In this document: piece by piece, positions 41,101 to 54,916 of the stretch
Layout: each line of letters starts with the position of its first letter
Numbering within the stretch: the stretch's first letter is position 1
NCBI GenBank assembly: GCA_964016885.1
Contig: OZ024748.1
Span: 16,492,001 to 16,556,000, forward strand
DNA from: Eledone cirrhosa
Taxonomy: Eukaryota
Direction: 5' to 3'
DNA length: 64,000 bases
Translations under genes and position numbers: made by a program
Notes under the pieces: model-generated
The model's database searches: none
Told to the model about the DNA's origin: nothing
The model's input: the letters and a program-made list of their open reading frames with translations, nothing else

Positions 41101-42990
41101 GTGTTTCTAGATCTTGTTGTTGTTGCTACTAGTGTGGTTGTTGCTATTTGTGTTTCTAGATCTTGTTGTTGTTGCTACTAGTGTGGTTGTTGCTATTTGT
41201 GTTTCTAGATCTTATTGTTGTTGCTGCTAGTGTAGTTGTTGCTATTTGTGTTTCTAGATCTTATTGTTGTTGCTGCTAGTGTAGTTGTTGCTATTTGTGT
41301 TTCTAGATCTTATTGTTGTTGCTGCTAGTGTAGTTGTTGCTATTTGTGTTTCTAGATCTTGTTGTTGTTGCTACTAGTGTGGTTGTTGCTATTTGTGTTT
41401 CTAGATCTTATTGTTGTTGCTGCTAGTGTAGTTGTTGCTATTTGTGTTTCTAGATCTTATTGTTGTTGCTGCTAGTGTAGTTGTTGCTATTTGTGTTTCT
41501 AGATCTTATTGTTGTTGCTGCTAGTGTAGTTGTTGCTATTTGTGTTTCTAGATGTTATTGTTGTTGCTGCTAGTGTAGTTGTTGCTATTTGTGTTTCTAG
41601 ATCTTATTGTTGTTGCTGCTAGTGTAGTTGTTGCTATTTGTGTTTCTAGATCTTATTGTTGTTGCTGCTAGTGTAGTTGTTGCTATTTGTGTTTCTAGAT
41701 GTTATTGTTGTTGCTGCTAGTGTAGTTGTTGCTATTTGTGTTTCTAGATCTTATTGTTGTTGCTGCTAGTGTAGTTGTTGCTATTTGTGTTTCTAGATGT
41801 TATTGTTGTTGCTGCTAGTGTAGTTGTTGCTATTTGTGTTTCTAGATGTTATTGTTGTTGCTGCTAGTGTAGTTGTTGCTATTTGTGTTTCTAGATCTTA
41901 TTGTTGTTGCTGCTAGTGTAGTTGTTGCTATTTGTGTTTCTAGATGTTATTGTTGTTGCTGCTAGTGTAGTTGTTGCTATTTGTGTTTCTAGATCTTATT
42001 GTTGTTGCTGCTAGTGTAGTTGTTGCTATTTGTGTTTCTAGATCTTATTGTTGTTGCTGCTAGTGTAGTTGTTGCTATTTGTGTTTCTAGATCTTATTGT
42101 TGTTGCTGCTAGTGTAGTTGTTGCTATTTGTGTTTCTAGATGTTATTGTTGTTGCTGCTAGTGTAGTTGTTGCTATTTGTGTTTCTAGATGTTATTGTTG
42201 TTGCTGCTAGTGTAGTTGTTGCTATTTGTGTTTCTAGATCTTATTGTTGTTGCTGCTAGTGTAGTTGTTGCTATTTGTGTTTCTAGATCTTATTGTTGTT
42301 GCTGCTAGTGTAGTTGTTGCTATTTGTGTTTCTAGATGTTATTGTTGTTGCTGCTAGTGTAGTTGTTGCTATTTGTGTTTCTAGATCTTATTGTTGTTGC
42401 TGCTAGTGTAGTTGTTGCTATTTGTGTTTCTAGATCTTATTGTTGTTGCTGCTAGTGTAGTTGTTGCTATTTGTGTTTCTAGATCTTATTGTTGTTGCTG
42501 CTAGTGTAGTTGTTGCTATTTGTGTTTCTAGATCTTATTGTTGTTGCTGCTAGTGTAGTTGTTGCTATTTGTGTTTCTAGATCTTATTGTTGTTGCTGCT
42601 AGTGTAGTTGTTGCTATTTGTGTTTCTAGATCTTGTTGTTGTTGCTGCTAGTGTAGTTGTTGCTATTTGTGTTTCTAGATGTTATTGTTGTTGCTGCTAG
42701 TGTAGTTGTTGCTATTTGTGTTTCTAGATCTTATTGTTGCTGCTGCTAGTGTAGTTGTTGCTATTTGTGTTTCTAGATCTTGTTGTTGTTGCTGCTAGTG
42801 TAGTTGTTGCTATTTGTGTTTCTAGATGTTATTGTTGTTGCTGCTAGTGTAGTTGTTGCTATTTGTGTTTCTAGATCTTGTTGTTGCTGCTAGTGTAGTT
42901 GTTGCTATTTGTGTTTCTAGATGTTATTGTTGTTGCTACTAGTGTAGTTGTTGCTATTTGTGTTTCTAGATGTTATTGTTGTTGCTGCTG
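38150..42990. repeat. 49-bp minisatellite, ~99 copies
   Basis: Unit tttgtgtttctagatcttattgttgttgctgctagtgtagttgttgcta (gatc/gatg variants); degenerate units extend into both flanks (37690-38150, 42990-43520). Confidence 0.97.
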
Positions 42991-43564
42991 CTGATGGTGC
43001 TGTTATTGATGTTGTTGCTATTTGTGTTTCTAGTTATTGTTGTTGCTGCTGATGATGCTAATGTTGCTATGTGTGCTTCTAATTGCTGCTGCTGCTGCTA
43101 CTGATGATGTTGCTATTTGTGTTTCTAATTGTTGCTGCTGCTGTTGGTGCTGCTATTGATGTTGTTGTTGCTATTTGTGTTTCTAATTTTTGCTGCTGCT
43201 GCTGCCGATGTTACTATTTGGGTTTCTAATTGCTGCTGCTGATAATACTGCTGCTGCTGATGATAATGCTGATGATGATATTGCTATTTGAGTTTCTAAT
43301 TGTTGCTGTTGCTGTTGCCAATGTTGTTGCTTTTTGTGTTTATAGTTGTTGTTGCTGCTGATGTTGTTGCTATTTGTTTTTCTAATTGTTGCTGCTGCTG
43401 CTGCTGATGATGATATTGTTGATACTGTTGACGTTGCTATTCATGTTTCTAATTATTGTTGCTGCTGCTGCTGCTACTGCTGCTGCTGCTGTTGCTGTGT
43501 GTGTTTTAATAAACAAAAGTTTCTATCCACAACAGTGAATCTTTGTTAATTTATTGTCTTAAGT

Positions 43565-44185
43565 CAATTGATATATTTTACAATAGGCAGACTTTCTATA
43601 GAGTCCAATTGATATATTTTACAATAGGCAGACTTTCTATAGAGTCCAATTGATATATTTTACAATAGGCAGACTTTCTATAGAGTCCAATTGATATATT
43701 TTACAATAGGCAGACTTTCTGTAGAGTCCAATTGATATATTTTACAATAGGCAGACTTTCTATAGAGTCCAATTGATATATTTTACAATAGGCAGACTTT
43801 CTATAGAGTCCAATTGATATATTTTACAATAGGCAGACTTTCTATAGGGTCCAATTGATATAGTTTACAATAGGCAGACTTTCTATAGAGTTCAGCTGGT
43901 ATATGTTGTAATAGAGTGACTTTCGATGGAGTTCAATTGATATATTTTATAATAGAGTGACTTTCGATGGAGTTCAATTGATATATTTTATAATAGAGTG
44001 ACTTTCTATAGAGTTCAGCTGGTATATGTTGTAATAGAGTGACTTTCTATAGAGTTCAATTGATATATTTTATAACAGAGTGACTCTCTATAGAGTTCAA
44101 CTAATATATTTTCTAATAGGGGGACTATGTATAGAATACATTTGTTATATTTTCTACTAGGGTGACTATCTATAGATTTCAGCTA
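43565..44185. repeat. 41-bp minisatellite, ~8 homogeneous plus ~6 diverged copies
   Basis: Unit caattgatatattttacaataggcagactttctatagagtc. Confidence 0.9.
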
Positions 44186-44279
44186 TCCTTTTATTTAGAC
44201 TTTCAAGGAAATTCCTATAATGATTAATTAATATTCTAGTTAGAGTTAATTCATTCAATAATATATAAATAATAATAAT

Positions 44280-44720
44280 AATGAAAATTATTGTGTACAA
44301 TGCTCAGGTGCACTACATCTCATCAAAGGTGCATGTATAGTACATAGAATAATATACAAATGTCAAGAAAGTGAACAATGTATGAGTCATGATATACACA
44401 CAGATACATGAGTGTGTGTGTATGGAGGGAGAATATCAGGTGTAGTGTTGGCGAATTTCAGGAAGCATGGAGGTTTTGAAAGATGCAGTGTCCCGACAGC
44501 TAACAACTGATGCAGGTAGTTTGTTCCATGGAGGTTTTGAAGGATGCAGTGTCCCGACACCTAACAACTGATGCAGGTAGTTTGTTCCATGCCTCAGCAA
44601 TCTTTGAGTGTGAAAAAATGTTTCTGAAAATCATGGGAGCTGTTCTGTTTTCTGATTTTGTAGGCATGCCCATGGGTATCAGACATGGAAATCAAAAAGG
44701 TGCTCAGGGTTGTGGTCCAT
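44280..44720 (-). mobile_element. CR1-like LINE 3' end
   Basis: Minus strand reads AEAWNKLPASVV..RDTASFK (CR1/L2-type C-terminus), with a ~61-bp internal duplication and an (ATT)n tail at ~44265-44290. Confidence 0.65.
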
Positions 44721-45306
44721 GATGATGATGATGATGATTAGCACTGATCTACTGACTGTTCCCTGGTGTATGGCTCCCTCTTCCTCTCTATGTAGGACAC
44801 AGTTTGGTCTAACTGATGATGTCAGCCAATTTTGTCACAATATACCTGGGTTAAACAGACCAGCATAATAAAGATGTTGACAAGAACGCACAGACAGACA
44901 ATTTACATAGAGACTCTTAATTGGACATTTCTACAGCACATGACAATTTTGTTGCTTATGTTTTGGTTTTTATTTAGTTTGGCTTTTACTTTCTTTCTTT
45001 AGTTATTTTTCAGTCAATTTATTCCAGCAAGATTTTAGCCGGAATTTCTTATTGGAGAAAAACAAATAAAAATAAAGTACAAAATCGAACAGAAAAGAAA
45101 AAAACAGAATTGTCTTACACGTGCATGTAGATAAATATACCTGTGAATACACACACACATATATATACATTCATACACACACACGCACACAAACACACAC
45201 ACATATATATACATTCATACACACACAAACACACACACATATACATTCATACACACACACATTCATACACACACACACACATTCATACACACACACACAG
45301 ATTCAT

Positions 45307-45343
<37 letters not shown>

Positions 45344-45412
45344 CACACACATACACTGATAGTACACAATTTAACATCAGTTTCCATGCTAGTATAGTTT
45401 GATCATGTATGA

Positions 45413-45481
<69 letters not shown>

Positions 45482-45533
45482 CATGCATACATATGTACGT
45501 GTGTATATATATATATATTCATGCATACATATG

Positions 45534-45583
<50 letters not shown>

Positions 45584-45769
45584 AATATATATATTTTTAT
45601 ATATATATATACATAAACACACACACATGTATATATATATATATATATATATACACATACACACACATATATACACACAAACACTCACTTAGACATGCTT
45701 TGATCATTGCAGTTGTGAGATATCGTGGCCATTGTCCTCGTTTTAGAATCTGTGCATTGCTGTTTGATT

Positions 45770-46775
45770 CCATCACAACCACCACCAATGTCACCACTAC
45801 AACCACCACCATCACCACTACCACTACCACAGCCATCACCACTATCACCTCCACAACCATCACCAATGTCACCACTACAACCATCACCACTACCACAGCC
45901 ATCACCACTATCACCTCCACAACCATCACAACCACTACCACCACCACAGCCATCACCACTATCACCTGCACAACCACCACCAATGTCACCACTATAACCA
46001 TCACCACTACCACCACCACAGCCATCACCACTATCACCTCCACAACCATCACAACCACCACCAATGTCACCACTACAACCATCACCATCACCACTACCAT
46101 CACCACTACCATCACCACTATCACCTCCACAACCATCACAACCACCACCAATGTCACCACTACAACCACCACCATCACCACTACCACCACCACAGCCATC
46201 ACCACTAACACCTCCACAACCATCACAACCACCACCAATGTCACCACTACAACCACCACCATCACCACTACCACCACCACCACAGCCATCACCACTATCA
46301 CCTCCACAACCATCACAACCACCACCAATGTCACCACTACAACCATCACCACCACCACAGCCATCACCACTATCACCTCCACAACCATCACAACCACCAC
46401 CAATATCACCTCCACAACCATCACCATCACCACTACAATCACAACCACCACCTTCACCTCAACCACCAATTCTACCACCACCATCTATTACCAAGACCAT
46501 GACCATCTCTAGCTCAACCACCACCATCACCTCTCTTTCACCATCTCTATGACCACCACCACCACCACATTTCTCTCACCATCATTTCAACCCCCACTTC
46601 TACTGTGACATCACCATTACCATCATCCCTTTCTCACCCGAACAATCACCACCACCACCACCATCATTCCTTTTCTCACCACCGCCACCACCATCACTAC
46701 ACTTCTCTCACCATCACCCCAACCACCATTCCTACCATTCCTACCATGATACCACCACCACTACCACCACCATAT
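45770..46775. repeat. Degenerate (ACC)n repeat with higher-order units
   Basis: Recurring aatgtcaccactacaacc / gccatcaccactatcacctccaca. Confidence 0.9.
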
Positions 46776-47237
46776 TTTATCATGCTAAAGTTGCTTCACC
46801 ATAAACTAAGAGTGAGGTAGACAAGACAATTGTGTGGTTGTCTTTTAAACATAAAAGAAACCCATGCGAGAAACATGGAGAAAATCAAAGTCAAATCATG
46901 TTTGTGTTTGTGTTTATATTTGTGTTGATATATTATAGATGTGTATTGATGTGTATGCATATATATGTGTGTGTGTGTATGGGTATACACACACACACAC
47001 ATATATATATACACACACACACATACACACGTATTTAAAATCATCCTGTAACATCCATCTTCTACGCTAACATGTATATAGCATATATGTATGTATATAT
47101 ATATGTATATGTGTATATATTATATATATATGTGTATATGTGTATATATTATATATATATATATGTATATGTGTGTATATTATATATATATATATATGTA
47201 TATGTGTGTATATTATATATATATATATATATATGTA

Positions 47238-47281
<44 letters not shown>

Positions 47282-47361
47282 GTGTATATATTATATATAT
47301 ATATATATATGTATATGTGTATATATTATATATATATATATATATGTATATGTGTATATAT

Positions 47362-47394
<33 letters not shown>

Positions 47395-47447
47395 GTATAT
47401 GTGTATATATATATATATATGTATATGTGTGTATGTATATATATATA

Positions 47448-47488
<41 letters not shown>

Positions 47489-47567
47489 GTGTGTATATAT
47501 ATATATATATGTATATGTGTATATATGTATATATATATATATAGATGTGTGTGTGTGTATATATGTA

Positions 47568-47632
<65 letters not shown>

Positions 47633-48292
47633 TTGGGTATTATAATAATTATATATATATATATATGCCTGCATAAACAAACATCAACATTAATATAAAG
47701 TAGAAAAGAAAGGAATAGTTTTAAATTGCTTTCCCTCCAAACTTTTCCGTTTCGAATTCTCTGAGAATGAAAGGTCAGTGAGAGCACCAAATTATCAAAG
47801 AATTATTCAGCATGGAACTTTTAAGAAAACCTCATCTCCACAAGCAACAGCCATTGATGTTCAACGCCAGTTTGATGCTAAGATGATGTACTAGAGTTTT
47901 AACTCTATTTATTACCAGTAGGATCTTGTTATAAGAACTAAAACAACTTCCATTCTTCGGCTATTAACATTGACTTTTCACTGAAATTAATGTCTTAGTG
48001 TTGTTGTTGCAGTTGGTGTTGTTGTCGTTGGTGGTGTTGTAGTTGGTGTTGTTGTTGTTGTTACTGTTGTCATTGTTACTGTTGTTACTGTTCTTGTCAC
48101 GGTGGGGGCAGTTATTGGTGTTGTTGTTACTGTTATTGTTATTGTTGATGATACTCTTGTCACATGCCAAATGCTGTTATTTATGTTGCTGTTGTTCTGG
48201 TTATTGTTGTTGTAGTTGTTTTTGTTCTTGTTGTTCTTGTCACAGCATGCCAAATGTTACTGTTGTTGTTGTTGTTGCTGCTGTTGCTAAAT

Positions 48293-49371
48293 AATTGTTT
48301 CTACTTTTGGCACAAGGCCAGCAATTATCGCAGTGTATTACTGGTACTTTATTTTCTCGGCCCCGTAAGGATGAAAGGCAAAGTTAACCTCGGCGGGATT
48401 TGAACTCAGACCATAAAGGGCCATAACTCTCTCCTGCAAAGCATGACATCCAACCTGTTTTTATTGTTGTTGCTGTTCTTGTTCCACAGACACCAATTGA
48501 TGCCGTTTTTGTTGGTTTTTAAGGCTGCTGCTACTGTTATTGATGTTATTGTTGTTGTTCATTTTGTTACATCATCTCAAATGTTACTCTTATTATTGTT
48601 ATAAAGGGCTGTGGATTGGCAATATCGGTAGAGGGTCGGAAACCATGCTTTGATGCATATAGTTACAGCCCTTGCCATTCTGAGTTTAAATCCCGCCGAG
48701 GTTGACTTTGCCTTTCAGCCTTACAGGGTCGATAAAATAAAGTACCAGTAATGCATTGGGTAATTGCTGGCCTTGTGCCAAAAGTAGAAACAGTTATTGT
48801 TATAAGTTTTAGACTAATTCTGGACATGGGTTGAGTGGGTTGTAATAAACCAACAACATCAAATTAGTCAAATCAATGTTATCTTGCACCTATGTTCCAT
48901 ATTTGCCATGGTTTCTGTGGTTGGATGCCCTTCTTAACATCAACCACATCAGAGAATGTACTGTGTGCATTTCATTCTTGCACTAACACTTTATAGGGTG
49001 TACAGCAAACATTTTACCATGGTACCAGTACTAGAGGGAGAGTGTGTGTGTATATATATATATGTCTATATTTGTATATATATTTAGCAGCATGGTGTAT
49101 AAATCTTATTGAGACACGAGTAACATAATAATGATGTCAACAGCAGAAATTAGAGATGAAATGTATGTTTATTTTTGTTGTAGCACAAATAATTGTTTCC
49201 ACTTTTGGCACAAGGCCATCAATTACCCACTACATTACTGGTACTTTATTTTATCGACCCCGTAAGGATGAAAGGCAAAGTTAACCTTGGCGGGATTTGA
49301 ACTCAGACTGTAAAGGGACGTAACTATGCTGGAAAGCATGGCGTCCGACCCTCTACCGATACTGCCAATCC
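48293..49371. mobile_element. SINE family A copies: 48293-48455 (-), 48605-48793 (+, TSD ttattgttataa), 49194-49371 (-, TSD cacaaataat)
   Basis: High similarity to 14054-14241; flanking direct repeats visible. Confidence 0.85.
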
Positions 49372-49876
49372 CACAAATAATGTTTGTTAACTTTTATGGT
49401 TGAAGTAACACATAAAATGAGGTTACAAAAGGGAATGTGCCATTGCGCCGGAAAGCCGGCAGGCTAAGGTGCAAAATCTCACCGTCACATGTTGTACGTG
49501 TTGCTGGTTTGAAGTTCCTGGTGCGAGAGAGAGATTCTTCAAATCTTTGCGGGGAATCTCACCGTCAGGGCGCGTAGGGATACATCCTCTTCTACAGGCG
49601 TTGATTGGCTGAGCTGAGCCAAATCACGCACAGAGAATGTATGTGAGCCCGCAGAATGTAGGTCACTGCATATATATATGTCATTCGTTTCACAGAGCAT
49701 TGGCACAGGGTCACCCACAGGCTGATATGCAATAAAAATCTAAATACATGTAAACAAAACTATATAATTTGTTTTAATATATACACTCTGCCTGTGCATA
49801 GAGTGCTTGTTTTGGTACAACAACCAGTAATTCACTGAATCACCTACACTATATATATATATTTATATATATATAA

Positions 49877-49914
<38 letters not shown>

Positions 49915-50058
49915 AAGAGGATGTCCTATTTCACTTAAAGAATTCTGTTAGTGTATAAAGTAGTATATTATTCGAAGACTACGACAATGCAAAATCGACA
50001 GTTGGTTCCGGAATAAATAGAAAGTAACGAAAATGTTGGTGTGTTACCTGTTATTTAT

Positions 50059-50152
50059 TTACCTGTCCTATTTTTTCCAATAACAAACTATATGTATGTA
50101 TGTATGTATCTATATATATATAGTTTGTTATTGGAAAAAATAGGACAGGTAA
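50059..50152. repeat. Inverted repeat (~32-bp arms) around a TA/TATG spacer
   Basis: ttacctgtcctattttttccaataacaaacta ... tagtttgttattggaaaaaataggacaggtaa. Confidence 0.75.
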
Positions 50153-50165
50153 CATACCTGTTATT

Positions 50166-50217
<52 letters not shown>

Positions 50218-50438
50218 ATATTATCATTTATTTTGTCTGACCTGTTTAGCTTGACTTGTTTTTTTGGCTTAGGTGGTTAATGCCTTCTTGACTGCCTTCT
50301 CAGTTTGTATGGCGTTTATAACCTATGTCTATAGCTCTGGTTTTTTAAACTATGGAGCGCTTGCCAGCTTGGCTTGGAATTTGCGTTGTGTTTCGCTTTT
50401 ACTACACGCCGAAATGCGATTCTCGCTGAATTTATATA

Positions 50439-50493
<55 letters not shown>

Positions 50494-50589
50494 TGGCATA
50501 TTGGAGGTAGTAAAACCAGTTAGACCATTACTCACCAGAGTACTTGATACTTACAGTAGTAGAGTGGGTAATATGAAAAAAAAATTTTT

Positions 50590-50626
<37 letters not shown>

Positions 50627-50690
50627 TCATCATCATCATATATATATGAAAATTTTTTTTTTCATATTACCCACTACTACTGTATGTATC

Positions 50691-50725
<35 letters not shown>

Positions 50726-50727
<2 letters not shown>

Positions 50728-50956
50728 TATGTTTTGAAACAGCAAGCAAGTTTGAAATTACAAATAGAATCTTTCGCAGTATTTTTTTTACTAAAGAAAT
50801 TTTAGCCTGATAGTGGGGTTTAGAACCCTTTAAAGATGGAAAATATGAGTATTGACGACTCATCTTTTCCCTTTTCTTAGAAGGTTCTAAACCACACTAT
50901 CAGGCTAAAATTTCTTTAGTCAAAACATACAGCAAAAGCTTCTATTTCTAATTTTA
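50726..50956. mobile_element. Diverged fold-back element in (TA)n (~100-bp arms, centre ~50853)
   Basis: actaaagaaattttagcctgatagtg..tttagaacc / ggttctaaa..cactatcaggctaaaatttctttagt. Confidence 0.7.
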
Positions 50957-51130
50957 TTTATATATATATATATATCATCCATTACACAATGTTTAACTTC
51001 TTTGATTTTAGAATGTATTTTAATTCTGTTTCGGTCCTTCAACTGATAAGGGGTATACTTTGCCTTCTATGTTTTATGCAGTGCCCACCATCACTGGCAT
51101 GTATTTTTGTATTATATGTTTATTTTCTTT

Positions 51131-51256
51131 TTGGTTCTGAGGATGAGGTCTGTTCTTAGTTCAGTTTTATTATCATCTCTTCTTATCAATTATATTATCG
51201 ATAATTATTTTTATTAACTGAACTTTGATATAATTTCTGAAACAATTGGAAGCCAA
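51131..51256 (+). ncRNA. Hammerhead-like motif with long helix II, degenerate cleavage triplet
   Basis: ttggtt-CTGAGGA-[~95 nt incl. agttcagtt/aactgaact]-GAAACAATTGGA-agccaa. Confidence 0.45.
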
Positions 51257-51321
51257 TAAATATTATTTGTTCAAGAATTTGGTATTGTATTTTCTAACAA
51301 TTATATATATATATAATATAT

Positions 51322-51353
<32 letters not shown>

Positions 51354-51471
51354 ATATATATAATATAATATATAATATATATAATATATATAATATATAT
51401 ATATATATAATATATATAATATATATAATATATATATATATATAATATATATAATATATATATATATATAT

Positions 51472-51506
<35 letters not shown>

Positions 51507-52113
51507 GTATTAAGGATACTATTTATGGTTATGTATATACTAAAACCTTTTATAGTTATATATATTTTAAACCTTAAACAGTGAAAGACAGTAATATATT
51601 ACTACCTTATTACCAGTAAGATAAATAGCTCAATGTAATAACATCAGTTGTTCTACAGAGCAGTTATATAGAAATTACATGAATCATAGTTCTGTTTAAA
51701 CCATTTATTCGCTTACAATTCTATTACATATAACACCCTGCCGCACTATAATCTTATATAAATAAGACACACATACATGCCCCACGTGTAACTATTGCAT
51801 ACACTAACTACTTCAAACTATCCTCTTGCTTTATCTTCGTAAACTGCCAATGTTGTATTTTAACTTTAATTTTGTCCTTTAATATGACTTTAATCTTTGT
51901 ATGTAAATTGCCATGCTATATTATTATAATGGATATCAACCCACTGTGCATCAATATATACATATGTTTCTATATGTCTCTTGTGTTGGAAAGGAGGTCA
52001 AGTATGTACAAAACATTGAAAAAATTGCTCCGAAGACTCCAAACCTTGGTTTGGAAGAAACAATTGTAAGCGAATAAATGGTTTAAACAGAACTTTGATT
52101 CATGTAATTTCTA
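51507..52113 (+). mobile_element. PLE-type pLTR with inverted 5' terminal copy in (TA)n, family E
   Basis: 51665-51720 is the reverse complement of 52062-52115; the sense arm holds a hammerhead; extra sequence extends left of the inverted arm. Confidence 0.7.
52025..52073 (+). ncRNA. Type I hammerhead-like motif, CCGAAGA core
   Basis: ttgct-CCGAAGA-ctccaaac cttg gtttggaa-GAAA-caattg-TA-agcga. Confidence 0.6.
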
Positions 52114-52175
52114 TATATATATATATATAATATATATATATAATATATATATAATATATATATATATAATATATA

Positions 52176-52586
52176 TTGTTATACTTTGGGAGGGTCATGT
52201 TGCCAATAAGAAACACACGCACCAGTTGCTTTCACTTCAATTTATTATAATAAATTTATAATAAATTTATAAATTTATAAATTTCTGGTTGGTTGGTTGG
52301 TTGGTTCCACAACCAGATAGTTGTTTATATATAGTCATAGTTCTTTCGTCACACACTCTGTGACCTCTTCAGTGACTGGGGATTCCTTTCTTTGTTTCTG
52401 TGCCTCTCCTTTGTTCTGTCCTACGCCATTTTGTTTATGTGTGTGTGTTGTGTGCTCAGTCTGCGCATGCGCCACATCCCGGTGTCTGTTTCTTATTGGC
52501 AACATGACCCTCCCAAAGTATAACAATATCGGTTTCAACACACGATTTCAGATAAAGAATCTTGCTAAACAAATTCAGAAACGAAA
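52176..52586 (-). mobile_element. 5'-truncated copy of the PLE at 2748-6520: pLTR plus inverted terminal copy carrying a ~57-nt tail
   Basis: 52176-52488 is the reverse complement of ~6209-6519; 52487-52529 inverts 52174-52215 and continues into tail 52530-52586; (TA)n on both sides. Confidence 0.9.
52333..52377 (-). ncRNA. Hammerhead ribozyme, identical to 6318-6362
   Basis: agtcatagttctttcgtcacacactctgtgacctcttcagtgact is the exact reverse complement, while neighbouring pLTR sequence has diverged. Confidence 0.75.
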
Positions 52587-52684
52587 TATATAATATATAT
52601 ATAATATATATATATAATATATATATATTATATATATATATATATATAATATATATATATAATATATATACATAATATATATAC

Positions 52685-52730
<46 letters not shown>

Positions 52731-53749
52731 CACATATAATTCACTTTCTGAGGAGATGTTTAGTGCCAGATATCAGTGAGGTCCATCAATAGAGATATGG
52801 TAGTTTCATAGAATTCAATTAATGACACACACACACACACACATATCTACAGAGACTAACACATATACATACACATATAGCTGACCTACAGAAATTCACT
52901 CACACATATATACTTCCCACCATCATTGCTATGATTTCTAATATACACAATCTGCTGTAATCTACAGGGATATAGTTATACACCTACACACCTTCCCCAG
53001 AATTACCTGCTTCTGCTATTGTTTCACTAACATGTTATTGCTGTTGTGTACATACATACATACAATCATACTAACATACACACATACATAACTTTGATAA
53101 CTTTGATTGGTTTTGGCCAGTATTGGCCCAGGCCATGTCTAACTTAATAGGACCACCTGGCTATATAGAATCATACATATAATCATACATACATACATAC
53201 TAACATACAATCATACATACACACACATACATACATACATACATACAATCATATATATACCAACATACAGACACACACACATACCAACATACATACATAT
53301 ATACATACACACAAAGACATACATACTAGCATACATACATACAAACATACATACATACTAACATACATACTAACATACATATATACATACACACAAAGAT
53401 ATACATACATACATACATACTAACATACATACATATACACACACACAGATACATACACACACTTAACCAAAACACATCAAGCATAGCAAAGATATAATTT
53501 CTCCAGTGCAAACTCATTGAAATTATACAGTAGAAATAATAAATTTTAATACATAACAAATAACTTTCTCCAGAGTTGTATAATACACTCGACTAGCTTG
53601 AACACTTCACTGAACACACGGACATTACTTATATTTTATACAATTACTACAATACATATATATATTTGTGGCCATCTGTAAACATATGCATATATGTGTG
53701 TATATATACGCATATTTATCTCTCCTGCTATCTCTATCTCTCTCTCAAT

Positions 53750-53820
<71 letters not shown>

Positions 53821-53822
<2 letters not shown>

Positions 53823-54860
53823 GGTTTCGGATTTAGGTACAAGGCCAACAATTTTAGAGGAAGGAAAGTCAATTAAATTCCTGGCATGTAAGGATGAAAG
53901 GCAAAGCAAACCTTGGTGCAGATTTGAACTTATATATATATCATCATCATCATCATTTCATTTTACGCCCGCTTTTTCCCTGCTTGCAAGGGTTGGACGG
54001 GAACTGATTCTGGCTTGATTTCTACAGCTGGATGCCCTTCCTAGCACCAACCTCATTTTTACAGTGAGTGGTGGATGCTTTTTTGCCATGGTACCTCCAC
54101 GACCACTTTGCAGTGGAATGATAGAGACCCCAGTCCCTATCATCTCATATCTACAGCTGAGTAAACCACTTCTTCACCCATCAGTCAATCAATATATATA
54201 TATATACTCACACATATATATGTGATGGCTGCAATTCGATTTTGAGTAATGTCATTGCTTGATACTTAAGCATGAGCATCTCGGACGCAGCTTCATAGTT
54301 CTGCTAGGGACTTGCCTATGGCCAGCAATACCATGCATCGCAAAAAAAATGTTACATATCAAGTAATGCCTGTGCTTGTAACTTTTTTAGTGAGCAAAAG
54401 CTGATATATACATATATATATATATAGGCACATGGCTTAGTGGTTAGAGCATTGGCCTTGCAATCGAAAGGTTGTGAGTTCAATTCTCAGCCCGGGTGAT
54501 GTGTTGTTTCCTTGAGCAAGACACTTTATTTCACATTGCTCCAGTTTACTCAGCTGTAGAAATGAGATGATAGGGACTGGGGTCCATATCATTCCACTGC
54601 AAAGAGGTCGTGGAGGTGTGACAGCAAAAAAGGCACCCAGCCCTCACTTTAAAGTGAACGTGGAAGTGCCACGGAAAAAAAGCACCCAGCACTCACTGTA
54701 AATGAGGTTGGTGTTAGGAAGGGCATCCAGCTGTAGAAATCAAGCCAGAATCAGTTCCTGTATGAGCAAGACAATATCAGCCGACTGGACACTGCCTACA
54801 ACAGGACAATCCGTCTAACCCATGCTAGTGTGCAAGAACGGTCGTAAAACAGTGATGATG
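53821..54860. mobile_element. SINE cluster: family A fragment 53821-53930 (-), family B 53940-54165 (-), family B full copy 54427-54860 (+)
   Basis: Same landmarks as above; the 54427 copy has an alternative 3' tail. Confidence 0.85.
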
Positions 54861-54916
54861 ATATATATATATAAGAATTTGTGTGTGTGTTTGTATATAT
54901 ATATATATAACTATAT

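Noticed and set aside
6988-42990. Both large minisatellites have a 49-bp period
   Set aside because: Units show no evident sequence similarity; treated as coincidence.
44770-44875. Exon-like stretches here and at ~47735-47895 and ~30150-30420
   Set aside because: Short frames with no recognisable homology and weak or missing splice signals.
45409-46552. Mucin-like Thr-rich or Pro-rich ORFs (also 34586-35086)
   Set aside because: Degenerate (ACC)n is open in several frames on both strands; no signal peptide or splice support.
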